DNA of 64,000 nt from Bacteroidota bacterium (GTDB lineage: Bacteria > Bacteroidota > Ignavibacteria > UBA10030), in the NCBI GenBank assembly GCA_021813905.1, contig JAKAJH010000004.1, positions 53,654-117,653 on the forward strand, written 5' to 3'. Made by a program: the position numbers and the translations under genes. Under the pieces are notes generated by a model. That model was not told the DNA's origin. It searched no databases and worked only from the letters and a program-made list of their open reading frames with translations. This document shows, piece after piece, positions 1 through 9,574 of this stretch. Positions within the stretch are counted from its first letter, which is position 1; every line of letters starts with the position of its first letter.

Positions 1-900
1 TCCTTCACCCGCATCCTGTGCCCGACCGATTTTTCCGACGCCGCGGATTCCGCCATCCGGTACGCCGCATTCCTGAGCCAGCACGCGAAAGGCCATCTTC
101 GCCTTTTCCATGTGGACGAACATGAGAAGGAACCGCTGGGCCATTTCGCGCGGAGTGATGCGGACCGGGAGCGGCATGCCCGGGAGCTGAAGGACTTCAC
201 GGATGTCCGGTTCGCGGAAGTCGCGGCGCGTCTCGGACTTCCCGCCGACCGGACGTCGTTCCAGGTGCGCGGCGGAACTTCGTACCAGGAGATCATCCAC
301 GAAGCGGAAGAGAACCGATACTCCGTGGTGGTGATCGCCACCAAAGGACTCGGTCAATCGTCCCCTCACCTGCTCGGCCGGACCGTGGAGCGGGTGGTCC
401 GTCTGTGCCGCGCGCCGGTGATCACGCTTCGTCCCCCCGACGCGCTCGCACCGCTGAAGATCAGCACCATCCTGTGCCCGACCGATTTCTCCGAATACGC
501 AAACTACGCCCTTCCGTACGCGACCTCTCTCGCACGCCGGTACAAAGCGAAGATCATTTTGATCCATACGACCGATCTGATGGTCCAGCATCCGGAACTC
601 CTGCTGGACAAGTTTCCCGATCTCACCGATTACGACGAACAAAGCGGCACCGTTCCCGTCGAACGGCTCGTCGGTCGGGATGTGGAACCGGAGAACACGA
701 TCGTCCGCATCGCGGAGGAATACGGCGCGGACCTGATCGTGATGGGAACCCACGGTGCCCGGGGCATGCGCCGGGTGCAGATCGGCAATACGACGGAGGA
801 AGTCGTCCGCCGCACAGATATCCCCGTCCTCACCATCACCCATCCGATCCATAAGACCATCTTCCCGAAGCGCTTCGTGCACGAATACGACGATCCGTGA
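1..900 (+). CDS. Universal stress protein with tandem UspA domains; 5' end lies outside the window (frame 1 is open from base 1)
   Basis: Open frame from nt 1 (SFTRILCPTDFSDAADSAIRYAAF...). The repeated ILCPTDFSE...ADLIVMGTHG...VLTI blocks are typical Usp architecture. Confidence 0.7.
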   Translation, partial: SFTRILCPTDFSDAADSAIRYAAFLSQHAKGHLRLFHVDEHEKEPLGHFARSDADRERHARELKDFTDVRFAEVAARLGLPADRTSFQVRGGTSYQEIIHEAEENRYSVVVIATKGLGQSSPHLLGRTVERVVRLCRAPVITLRPPDALAPLKISTILCPTDFSEYANYALPYATSLARRYKAKIILIHTTDLMVQHPELLLDKFPDLTDYDEQSGTVPVERLVGRDVEPENTIVRIAEEYGADLIVMGTHGARGMRRVQIGNTTEEVVRRTDIPVLTITHPIHKTIFPKRFVHEYDDP

Positions 901-1037
901 CGCCGCGTTGGTATTTATGGGAAGCCTTCAGTATCTTTTCTCCGACGTGCATTTCGCGACTGACCTTGACCGGGAGGTAACCTCTGGAACCGAATACACT
1001 CGACCAACTCTGCATTAATACCATCCGCACGCTTTCC

Positions 1038-2978
1038 ATGGACGGCGTCCAGAAGGCGAAATCCGGACACCCCGGCATGCCGATGGGAGCCGCTCCCATG
1101 GCGTACGTTCTCTGGACCCGACACCTCCGCCACCATCCCGCTGCGCCCCGCTGGCAGAACCGCGACCGTTTCGTGCTCTCTGCGGGTCACGGGAGCATGC
1201 TGCTCTACAGCCTGCTTCACCTGACGGGGTACGGACTGACGCTCGACGACCTCAAGAGCTTTCGGCAGCTCCACAGCCGGACGCCCGGACATCCGGAATA
1301 CGGCCTCACGGCCGGCGTGGAGACGACCACCGGTCCGCTGGGACAAGGGTTCGGCACCGGCGTGGGCATCGCGATCGCCCAGAAGTACCTTGCCGCCCGC
1401 TACAATCGGCCCGCGCATGAGATCATCGATTACCGCGTCTACGGGATCGTCGGCGACGGGGATCTGATGGAGGGCATCTCGTCCGAAGCGGCCTCGCTGG
1501 CCGGTCATCTTCGCCTCGGCAACATCATCTATCTGTACGACGACAACCACATCAGCATCGACGGAAGCACGGACCTGTCGTTTACCGAGGATCGTCTCAA
1601 GCGCTTCGAGGCGTACGGGTGGCACGTGCAACAGGTGACGGACGGGAACGATCTCACTGCGATCGACGCCGCCATCGCGCATGCCGAGCAAGCCACCGAC
1701 CGTCCGTCGATCATCGCGGTGCGTACGCACATCGGCTTCGGCAGTCCGCACAAACAGGACACAGCCGAAGCGCACGGTTCCCCGCTGGGCGACGAGGAGA
1801 TCCGACTCACCAAGAAGAATCTGGGCTGGGATCCGGAGAAGCAGTTCTTCGTCCCCGACGAAGCCCTGGCACATTTTCGCCTCGCGCTGGACGCCGGGAC
1901 GAAGCGGGTCGCCGAATGGAAGAAACGCTTTGAAACGTACCGGAATGCCCATCCGGAGCTCGCCCGGGAACTCGAATCCGTCTGGAATGCGCAACCGGGA
2001 GAATCCTGGAAGCAGGCATTGCCGACGTTTACCGAACCGATGGCAACGCGCGAGGCTTCCGGCAAGGTCATTGCCGCGATCGCTCCGCATCTTCCCGCGC
2101 TCATCGGCGGATCGGCCGACCTGACGCCGTCCAACAACACACTTCCCAAAGGAACGGCGGACTTTGCCCCACCCTCCTACGCCGGCCGGTATCTCCGGTT
2201 CGGCGTACGCGAACACGCGATGGGAGCGATCCTCAACGGCATGGCGCTGACGGACGGCATGATCCCCTACGGCGGCACGTTCTTCACGTTCACCGATTAC
2301 ATGAAGCCTGCGATCCGTCTCGCCTGCCTCATGGGCGTGCGGCCGATTTACATCCTGACGCACGACAGCATCGGGCTGGGCGAGGATGGTCCGACGCATC
2401 AGCCGGTGGAGCATCTCGCGGCACTGCGCGCCATTCCCAACGTGACCGTGATCCGTCCGGCCGACGCCAACGAAACGGCCGTCGCCTGGCAAACCGCCAT
2501 CGAGCATCGGACGGGTCCGGTGGGCCTCATTCTCACGCGCCAGAAGCTCCCGATCATCGACCGAACACGGTACGCACCGGCGGACCTGCTGCGACGGGGC
2601 GCCTATGCGCTCGCCAGCAGTCCGAACGCGCCGGAACTCCTGCTGATCGCCACCGGCTCGGAAGTATCTCTCGCCATCGGCGCTTACGAGCAGCTGAGCG
2701 CGGACGGCGTTGCTGCCCGCGTGGTGAGCATGCCGTCGTGGGAGCTGTTCGAACGGCAGTCGGCGGAATACCGTGATGCGGTGCTTCCGCCCTCCGTCCG
2801 GAAGCGGCTGGTCATTGAAGCCGGCTCTCCGTTCGGATGGGAGCGGTATGCCGGTGACGGCGGACGGATCCTGGGGATCTCCCGCTTCGGTGTCTCCGCT
2901 CCGGCGGAGGACGCGTTCAAAGAATTCGGATTCACACCACAGTCCGTTCTGGCCGCCGCACGCGAGCTGCTCGGATAA
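1038..2978 (+). CDS. tkt: Transketolase
   Basis: [22 protein letters not shown] and [15 protein letters not shown] motifs; length about 646 aa. Conserved N-terminal residues continue in-frame upstream of the first ATG (see findings). Confidence 0.9.
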   Translation: MDGVQKAKSGHPGMPMGAAPMAYVLWTRHLRHHPAAPRWQNRDRFVLSAGHGSMLLYSLLHLTGYGLTLDDLKSFRQLHSRTPGHPEYGLTAGVETTTGPLGQGFGTGVGIAIAQKYLAARYNRPAHEIIDYRVYGIVGDGDLMEGISSEAASLAGHLRLGNIIYLYDDNHISIDGSTDLSFTEDRLKRFEAYGWHVQQVTDGNDLTAIDAAIAHAEQATDRPSIIAVRTHIGFGSPHKQDTAEAHGSPLGDEEIRLTKKNLGWDPEKQFFVPDEALAHFRLALDAGTKRVAEWKKRFETYRNAHPELARELESVWNAQPGESWKQALPTFTEPMATREASGKVIAAIAPHLPALIGGSADLTPSNNTLPKGTADFAPPSYAGRYLRFGVREHAMGAILNGMALTDGMIPYGGTFFTFTDYMKPAIRLACLMGVRPIYILTHDSIGLGEDGPTHQPVEHLAALRAIPNVTVIRPADANETAVAWQTAIEHRTGPVGLILTRQKLPIIDRTRYAPADLLRRGAYALASSPNAPELLLIATGSEVSLAIGAYEQLSADGVAARVVSMPSWELFERQSAEYRDAVLPPSVRKRLVIEAGSPFGWERYAGDGGRILGISRFGVSAPAEDAFKEFGFTPQSVLAAARELLG

Positions 2979-3008
2979 ATCTCTCACGCTCCGAACCCCC
3001 GTTCGCCT

Positions 3009-4415
3009 ATGACCTCGACTTCGCAAGAACATCTCACCCTGACGCCGGAATTCCGGCGTCAGCGGGTCATCAACTGGATGTCGCTTGGCGTGCTGTATGC
3101 GTTCTTCTACATGACACGCTACAATTACACCGCCGTCGCCCCGGTGCTGGCGGATATTCTCGGATGGCGCAACACGGAACTCGGCGTCTTCGAGACGATG
3201 ATGCCGCTGGTCTACGGGCTTTCCGTGGTGCTGAACGGGCCGTTTGCCGACCGGATCGGCGGCAAGCGCGCCTTTCTGTTCGGGGCCGTCGGCGTGGCGC
3301 TGATGAATCTGCTGTTCGGACTGGCGAGTTTCACGATCGTCTCGCCCGCAGTATGGGCAGGGACGGGACTCGCGCGGCACGTAGTCGTACCAGCGACGCT
3401 GTCGTCCGGGATGTCGGGCGGCATGCTGCTGACGATGATGGCGATCGTGTGGGGTATCAACGGGTACTTCCAGTCATTCGGTGCGCTGTCGATCGTCAAG
3501 GTGAATGCGCAGTGGTTCCACGTCCGCGAGCGCGGCACGTTTTCCGGAATCTTCGGCGTGCTGATCCGGATGGGGCTGCTGCTTGCGTTCCAGGGGGTAC
3601 CGCTGATCCTGCTCTTCTTCCCGTGGCAATACGCGTTCTGGATCCCCGGTGCGTTCGTCGTCGTGATGTTCCTCATCAACTACTTCTTCATGTACAATTC
3701 GCCGAAGGAGGCGGGTCTCGGCGAGTTCGACACGGGCGACGAGGTGGAAGATGACGAGAGCAAGCCGGCGTCCGTGGGATTCATCCTGCGCAAGGTGTTC
3801 GCGTCACGCGTCACCTGGATGATCGCGCTCGGCTCGATGATGATCGGCTTCGTGCGCCGCAGTGTGGTGGATGCATGGTGGCCGAAGTATTTTGTGGACT
3901 TCTACGGCGCGGACAAGTCCGGATTCGCGACGTATCTGCCGTACCTGATCGCCACCTGGGGCATTGCGCTGGCCGGTATCGCCGGCGGATTCGTGTTCGG
4001 CATTGCATCGGACCGCACCTTTGGCGGCCGACGGGCACCGGTGATCACGTTCGGATTCGTTGGAATGGCGGTGGTCCTGGCTCTCTTCGGGTTGTCGGAT
4101 ATGCTGGGATTTGGTCCCATCGCGGCCGCGTGCTGTCTCGTACTGCTCTCATTCTGCGTGAACGGCGCGCACGGGATGATCGGGGGCGCCGCGTCGATGG
4201 ATTTCGGCGGGAAGCGGGCGGCAGCGACCGCCGCCGGGATGTTCGACGGTATGCAGTACCTCGCGGGGGCGTTCGTGGGGATGGGCGTCGGCTACATCAC
4301 GACAAACTGGGGATGGGGTGCGTGGCACTGGGCACCGATCCCCTTCGCTCTCTTCGGCGCCTGGGTGATGTCCCGCTTGTGGAATGTAATGCCGCGCGGT
4401 CGATCCGCGCATTGA
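3009..4415 (+). CDS. MFS transporter, organophosphate:phosphate antiporter (GlpT/UhpC-like) family
   Basis: 12-TM-like hydrophobic profile; FYMTRYNYTAVAPV and WGINGYFQSFGALS..WFHVRERGTFSGI motifs resemble the OPA subfamily. Confidence 0.55.
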   Translation: MTSTSQEHLTLTPEFRRQRVINWMSLGVLYAFFYMTRYNYTAVAPVLADILGWRNTELGVFETMMPLVYGLSVVLNGPFADRIGGKRAFLFGAVGVALMNLLFGLASFTIVSPAVWAGTGLARHVVVPATLSSGMSGGMLLTMMAIVWGINGYFQSFGALSIVKVNAQWFHVRERGTFSGIFGVLIRMGLLLAFQGVPLILLFFPWQYAFWIPGAFVVVMFLINYFFMYNSPKEAGLGEFDTGDEVEDDESKPASVGFILRKVFASRVTWMIALGSMMIGFVRRSVVDAWWPKYFVDFYGADKSGFATYLPYLIATWGIALAGIAGGFVFGIASDRTFGGRRAPVITFGFVGMAVVLALFGLSDMLGFGPIAAACCLVLLSFCVNGAHGMIGGAASMDFGGKRAAATAAGMFDGMQYLAGAFVGMGVGYITTNWGWGAWHWAPIPFALFGAWVMSRLWNVMPRGRSAH

Positions 4416-4469
4416 AATGGATGTGGGGCGATTGGACGCTGTCCTCAACGGTATCAAACGGAGCGGGAG

Positions 4470-5015
4470 ATGATCAATCCATGGCATGATGTGAGCCCCG
4501 GCGAGCACGCACCGAAAGAATTTCAGACCATCATTGAGATCCCCTATGGGTCGAGCGTGAAGTACGAGCTCGACAAGAAGAGCGGCCTGATCAAGCTTGA
4601 CCGCGTGCTATATTCGGCGGTCTTCTATCCTGCGAATTACGGATTCATTCCGCAGACGCTGGCGGAAGATGACGATCCGCTCGACGTGCTGGTGTTCTGT
4701 CAGGAAGCGGTCGTGCCGCTGACGATCATCAACGCCCGTTGCATCGGGCTGATGACGATGATCGATTCCGGCAAGAAGGACCACAAGATCATCGCCGTGG
4801 CGATGGGGGACCCGACGTACAATTCCTATCGTGAAGCCACCGATATGCCGCCGCATCTGATGAACATGCTGCGCCGATTCTTCCAGGACTACAAGCAGCT
4901 GGAGGGCAAAGCGGTGGAGGTGGACGAGATCCAGCACGCGAACGACGCCTATCCCATCATCCAGACCGCACTGGAGCGCTACAGCCACCAGCGGCGGGCC
5001 GGGTTCAAGCACTGA
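4470..5015 (+). CDS. ppa: Inorganic pyrophosphatase (family I)
   Basis: EIPYGSSVKYELDK..DPLDVLV..DxGxxDxKIIAV signature; about 181 aa; GGGAG RBS upstream. Confidence 0.9.
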   Translation: MINPWHDVSPGEHAPKEFQTIIEIPYGSSVKYELDKKSGLIKLDRVLYSAVFYPANYGFIPQTLAEDDDPLDVLVFCQEAVVPLTIINARCIGLMTMIDSGKKDHKIIAVAMGDPTYNSYREATDMPPHLMNMLRRFFQDYKQLEGKAVEVDEIQHANDAYPIIQTALERYSHQRRAGFKH

Positions 5016-5041
5016 ACACCCGCGATCGCGCGGACAAAAGC

Positions 5042-5080
5042 ACAACAGGCGAGGAGATCCTCGCCTGTTGTCGTTTTCGG
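5042..5080. terminator. Intrinsic terminator hairpin between convergent ppa (+) and the P-loop gene (-)
   Basis: Perfect 13-bp stem ACAACAGGCGAGG / CCTCGCCTGTTGT with a 4-nt loop, followed by CGTTTTCGG. Confidence 0.6.
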
Positions 5081-5094
5081 GTACCGAATCGCTA

Positions 5095-5805
5095 CTACTT
5101 GCGGAGGGACCGGATCTTCTTCGTCACGCGCTCCAGTTCCTGACCGATGAGCGCCGGATCCAGGGTCTTCTCGGGTTCGTTTTCAAAGACCGCGTACGGA
5201 ATCTTAAAGCCCTTCACCTCGATGTAGTTCGGATTCTTCTTCTCCAGCGTTTCCCAGTCGTTCGTCTTGTAGTAGAACTCCATCTTCTCATCGGGAAGGG
5301 AGTGATACAGGATTGAATCCTCCTGGCCCTTTCGCGCGCGCCGACGGTTCTTGCGCACGGACTCTTCGTAGGACACGCGGATGTACATCAATGCCGCGTT
5401 CTTCAGCACGTCCTCATGCAGATAGCTCAGCGCCTCCGCGATGCCGTTGTCACCACCGCGGGCGAATTCAACGAGCACCGTCTTCCTGTCATGATAGTGC
5501 GGATCGCGCGCCACCTTCTTGCGGTACTCGAGGCTCATCCGCTCCATATACAGATTCCAGATGAAATGCTCACGGAACCAGTACTTCTCATCCGTCCAAA
5601 GACGCGGCTTGCCGTGCTTCGTCAGAATGTCGTCGATTTCGAACGTCTCCCACACATAGACGAAATCGTCCAGCTCTTCGAACTCGCCGATATGGAACCG
5701 TTTGAGGCGCTCGGCCGGATCCGCCTTCTTCAGGAAATCGATGACCTCCGACTTCCCCGCCGCCGGACGGCCGGTGATGATCAGGATCGGAAAATGTTCG
5801 CTCAT
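5095..5805 (-). CDS. P-loop NTPase / AAA_33-like putative kinase
   Basis: Walker A ILIITGRPAAGKSEV near the N-terminus. AAAGGAG RBS sits 23 nt after the stop of the upstream 5'-nucleotidase gene, so the two are operonic. Confidence 0.4.
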   Translation of the reverse strand: MSEHFPILIITGRPAAGKSEVIDFLKKADPAERLKRFHIGEFEELDDFVYVWETFEIDDILTKHGKPRLWTDEKYWFREHFIWNLYMERMSLEYRKKVARDPHYHDRKTVLVEFARGGDNGIAEALSYLHEDVLKNAALMYIRVSYEESVRKNRRRARKGQEDSILYHSLPDEKMEFYYKTNDWETLEKKNPNYIEVKGFKIPYAVFENEPEKTLDPALIGQELERVTKKIRSLRK

Positions 5806-5828
5806 GACTGCTCCTTTCAGGACGATAT

Positions 5829-7343
5829 CTACTCGTCGACCCGCCGGATCCGATGTTCGACCCGGGCGTCGATGGTCTGTTCGGTACGGATCTTCTGTTC
5901 CACCACTTCAAACAGAGTCAGACCGGTATCGGTCAGCAACGGCGCCTTCAGACCGAGATACCGGACCGATTCTCCCATCATATAGTCGTTGGCCGCGCCG
6001 AGGTACTCTTTCCGGTCATCAATCGGCTTTCCGTTGATTTCCAGCGTCGCAATCTCCACCCCGTCCGGCGTGGGTTTCCATTCGCAGCGAATGCCGGAGG
6101 TCTGCACGGACTCATCGTGCCGTGTGCCGTCGCCGAGCAGATGACGCACGATTGCACGAATCTGGGCTCCGGAGAGATGAAACGTCACGACCGTGTTGCG
6201 GAACGGAAGGACTTCGAAGAGCATCCGCCTGGTGATCGGGCCCGCAGGAACATCCGCGCGGATGCCCGCCGTATTCATGAACGCCACATCCGCGCCCGTT
6301 GCCTCCCGCTGCGCATCACTGACGAAGTCGCCGACATTCGACTCTCCTCTGCGGCGCGCCCATTCGGTCTTCAGCGTTCCGATCACTTTCGCGTAGGACT
6401 GATCAATAACGCCCTGGAGCGAGTCCGCCAGTGACGCGATCGGAGATTTCGGCCGGCTACCATCCACCCACAGTTGCTTCAAATAGCCGTCGTATTTCGT
6501 GATCCGGTGGTCCTCGACCGTCAGCGTGAGAATGCCGAGGTTCTCGCAATTCGAACCGGCCTGAACGATGACGACGCCATTGACAGAAAGCGGGTGTTTC
6601 AGACGCGTGTGGGAGTGACCCCCGACGATGAGATCGAGTCCGTGCACGCGCCGGGCGAGGATCGTGTCATCATCCACTCCTTCATGGGTCAGCGCGATCA
6701 CCAGGTCGGCCTTCTGATCCAGCGTGTCGATGATCGCCTGCAGCAAAGTCACGGCCGTGTCCAGCCGGATACCCGCGGTGCTGCGTTGACTCACCAGATT
6801 GTAGAAATCGCGTGACATCCATCCGACGATACCAATCCGAAGGCCGTTCTTCATGACGACGGTGTACGGGATGCAGGCGCCGAGCTCGCGCCCATCAGTG
6901 TCGTGCAGGTTCGCCGACACGACCGGAAAATGTGCAACGCGCGTCAGCGCTTCGAAATTGCGCTGCGAAATATCAAAATCATGATTCCCCGGTGTTCCGA
7001 CCTCGTAGCCAATCCGGTTCATGAACTCAAACAGCCATCCGCCCTGTGCGCCCCGGTAGTCCAGGTCCGTGATCGGATTTCCCGTCATCACGTCTCCCGC
7101 ATCGAGCAGCAGCGTGTTGGGATTGACGTGGCGGATGCTGTCCACCACCGCGTCGAGTTCCGCAAATCCACCGACCATCGGCCGCGGGGTTGTCCGGATC
7201 CAGAACGCCTCATGCGGCATGAAACTGGCATGCATGTCATTGGTATGGAGGATCGTCAGCGTCTTTGGCTGTCCCCACGCCGCCGCGTGGAGCGCGACCA
7301 GGCTGAAGACAGCGAACGCTCGGATGACTCGCCGGACCAGCAT
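5829..7343 (-). CDS. Bifunctional metallophosphatase / 5'-nucleotidase (UshA-like), secreted
   Basis: LTILHTNDMHA ... GNHDFD metallophosphatase motifs plus a C-terminal 5'-nucleotidase region. Signal peptide MLVRRVIRAFAVFSLVALHAAAWG. Start placed at the internal ATG that is preceded by GAGGAAG. Confidence 0.8.
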   Translation of the reverse strand: MLVRRVIRAFAVFSLVALHAAAWGQPKTLTILHTNDMHASFMPHEAFWIRTTPRPMVGGFAELDAVVDSIRHVNPNTLLLDAGDVMTGNPITDLDYRGAQGGWLFEFMNRIGYEVGTPGNHDFDISQRNFEALTRVAHFPVVSANLHDTDGRELGACIPYTVVMKNGLRIGIVGWMSRDFYNLVSQRSTAGIRLDTAVTLLQAIIDTLDQKADLVIALTHEGVDDDTILARRVHGLDLIVGGHSHTRLKHPLSVNGVVIVQAGSNCENLGILTLTVEDHRITKYDGYLKQLWVDGSRPKSPIASLADSLQGVIDQSYAKVIGTLKTEWARRRGESNVGDFVSDAQREATGADVAFMNTAGIRADVPAGPITRRMLFEVLPFRNTVVTFHLSGAQIRAIVRHLLGDGTRHDESVQTSGIRCEWKPTPDGVEIATLEINGKPIDDRKEYLGAANDYMMGESVRYLGLKAPLLTDTGLTLFEVVEQKIRTEQTIDARVEHRIRRVDE

Positions 7344-7472
7344 GAATATCTTCCTCAGTTTGTTGGATTTCATAAATAAGATACACAAATTTCATTGTGC
7401 CGGACAATGTTTTTCAGGATCAGACCAGCCTCCGGCGGCGATCGCATCTCTCCACTTCCGTTCGGTACGTAC

Positions 7473-9095
7473 ATGATTCGCAGATTCCTCCGCATTCTGC
7501 TCCTCAGCATTGTCGCCATCGCGTGGCTGCCGGCGCAATCCCATCCGCCGCGACTCGTTGTGTTCGTTTCCGTGGATCAGCTCAAAGGCAATGTCTTCGA
7601 TCGCTTTGACTCGCTGTTCACCGACGGCTTTCGAACGATGCGATCAGACGGCCTGCGATTCTCCCGCGCCACCCTCAACTACGCCCCCAGCGAGACCGGC
7701 CCGGGGCATGCGACCATGTCGACGGGGTGCTATCCGTGGAAACATGGCATTTGCTCCAATGACTGGATCAACACTGCGACAGAAAAGGAGATCTACTGCG
7801 TCGAGGATACAGCCGCCGAGGCACAGGAACCCGGCCACAGCATCGTCTCTCCCCGCAATCTGTTGCGGCCCGCGATCGGCGACTGGCTGAAGGCGGCTTC
7901 CCCCGCCTCGAAGGTCATCGCACTCTCCATCAAGGATCGGGCGGCAATTCTCATGGGCGGGCGGCACCCGGACCTCGCGCTGTGGTTCGACCATGATTCC
8001 GAGCACATGATCAGCAGCGACTATTATCCCGCGCCGCTTCCGGCCTGGGTCACGGCGTTCAACGCCTCGCGCTGGATGGATCATCACCTGCCGGAGGCAT
8101 GGACGCTCCTGCTCCCGGACTCTGTCTATCGTACCTTTGGTCCCGACGACATGCCCGGCGAGCGCCGGTGGGACACATGCCGGACATTCCCGCATCCGTT
8201 CATGCCGATCCAGCGGGTGGATCAGTGCATCATGAGTCCGTACGGCAACGCGATGCTGCTGGACCTCGCCCGTCAAGCTGTGGACGGCGAACGCCTGGGC
8301 CGGCGCGATACGACCGACCTCCTCTGCATCAGCCTCTCCTCAACGGACTACATCGGTCATGCTTTCGGCCCGGACAGCTGGGAGATGATCGATAACCTCG
8401 TTCGGCTGGACCGGCAGCTGGGTGACTTCCTCCGCTTTCTCACGTCACGTGTCGGACGGGAGCATTTACTGGTGGTGCTGACCGCCGATCACGGCGCGCT
8501 GCCTCTGCCGGAATACGCACAGGACATGCACACGATGCAGGCCCGCCGCATCTCCGCTGCGGACATCAACCGGCCAATTCTTGCCCTCGATAGTCTCCTG
8601 CGCGTGCGATATCACGCGACCGAGCACGTGATCCTCCAGAATGAATACGTGAACGAGCGCGTCGCCCGGAGTGCCGGCATCACACCCGAAGCGCTGGCGG
8701 AAGAAGTACGGACCGGACTGCTCCGCATCCCCGGCATTGCTGACGTGTATCTCCGCGCCGAACTCGAGTCCCGTTCAACAGACGGACGGCCCTTTCTTGA
8801 ACAGTATCGCCACGGCTTTGTCCCCGAGCGCGGCGGTGATTTCGTGATTCGCTTCTGCGAGGGTTGCCTCGTCACGAATGGCTCCACCGGCACCAGCCAC
8901 GGTTCGCCGTACTTCTACGACACGAACGTACCGATCCTCTTCTGGGGACCGCGGATGGCAGTGCACCGGGTGGATCGCGATGTGCATACCGTGGATATAG
9001 CACCGACGCTGGCCCGCATCATCGGCATCGCGCCACCGTCGGACATCGATGGTATTGCATTACCCGAAGTGCCGGCCCCGGCCGGAACGCAGTGA
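7473..9095 (+). CDS. Alkaline phosphatase-family protein (nucleotide pyrophosphatase/phosphodiesterase-type, PafA-like), secreted
   Basis: VFVSVDQLKG ... TGPGHATMSTGCYPWKHGI ... TADHGALP motifs of the type I phosphodiesterase/NPP fold. Signal peptide MIRRFLRILLLSIVAIAWLPAQS. Confidence 0.7.
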   Translation: MIRRFLRILLLSIVAIAWLPAQSHPPRLVVFVSVDQLKGNVFDRFDSLFTDGFRTMRSDGLRFSRATLNYAPSETGPGHATMSTGCYPWKHGICSNDWINTATEKEIYCVEDTAAEAQEPGHSIVSPRNLLRPAIGDWLKAASPASKVIALSIKDRAAILMGGRHPDLALWFDHDSEHMISSDYYPAPLPAWVTAFNASRWMDHHLPEAWTLLLPDSVYRTFGPDDMPGERRWDTCRTFPHPFMPIQRVDQCIMSPYGNAMLLDLARQAVDGERLGRRDTTDLLCISLSSTDYIGHAFGPDSWEMIDNLVRLDRQLGDFLRFLTSRVGREHLLVVLTADHGALPLPEYAQDMHTMQARRISAADINRPILALDSLLRVRYHATEHVILQNEYVNERVARSAGITPEALAEEVRTGLLRIPGIADVYLRAELESRSTDGRPFLEQYRHGFVPERGGDFVIRFCEGCLVTNGSTGTSHGSPYFYDTNVPILFWGPRMAVHRVDRDVHTVDIAPTLARIIGIAPPSDIDGIALPEVPAPAGTQ

Positions 9096-9124
9096 ATTTC
9101 ATCCACTAGCAGGAGGAAACCACC

Positions 9125-9544
9125 ATGAGACTGCTCAAGGATTTCCGGGATTTCGCCATGCGCGGGAACGTGCTGGATCTCGCCGTCGGTATCATCATCG
9201 GCGCGGCATTCGGCAAGATCGTCAGCTCGATGGTGAACGATGTCCTGATGCCGCCGATCGGCGTGCTGATGGGCGGAGTAGATTTCAGCGCGCTCGGTGT
9301 CACGATCAAGGAGGCGACGACCGCATCGCCGGCGGTCCTGCTCCGGTACGGGGTGTTCGTGAACAACGTGATCGATTTCACGATCGTGGCATTCGCTGTC
9401 TTCCTCCTGATCCAGGCCGTGAATCGTCTGCAGCGAAAGAAGGAAACGCCTGCGGCACCCACCACCGCGCCCTGCCCGCATTGTCTGATGAGCATCCCCA
9501 TCGGCGCCAAACGGTGCGGACACTGCACTGCGACGCTCAGCTGA
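9125..9544 (+). CDS. mscL: Large-conductance mechanosensitive channel MscL, with a C-terminal Cys4 zinc-ribbon-like tail
   Basis: [46 protein letters not shown] is a canonical MscL N-terminus/TM1. AGGAGGA RBS. C-terminus reads [18 protein letters not shown]. Confidence 0.85.
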   Translation: MRLLKDFRDFAMRGNVLDLAVGIIIGAAFGKIVSSMVNDVLMPPIGVLMGGVDFSALGVTIKEATTASPAVLLRYGVFVNNVIDFTIVAFAVFLLIQAVNRLQRKKETPAAPTTAPCPHCLMSIPIGAKRCGHCTATLS

Positions 9545-9574
9545 GATGATCGAAACCGAACTCTGGAGACCATC

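Noticed and set aside
405-854. 149-aa alternate-frame ORF inside the Usp gene
   Set aside because: It is an Arg/Pro-rich frame-shifted shadow of the Usp reading frame.
915-3380. 821-aa ORF on the minus strand spanning the transketolase gene
   Set aside because: It is antisense to a gene with unmistakable conserved motifs. Its translation is Arg/Gly/Pro-rich low complexity, as is typical of spurious antisense ORFs in high-GC DNA.
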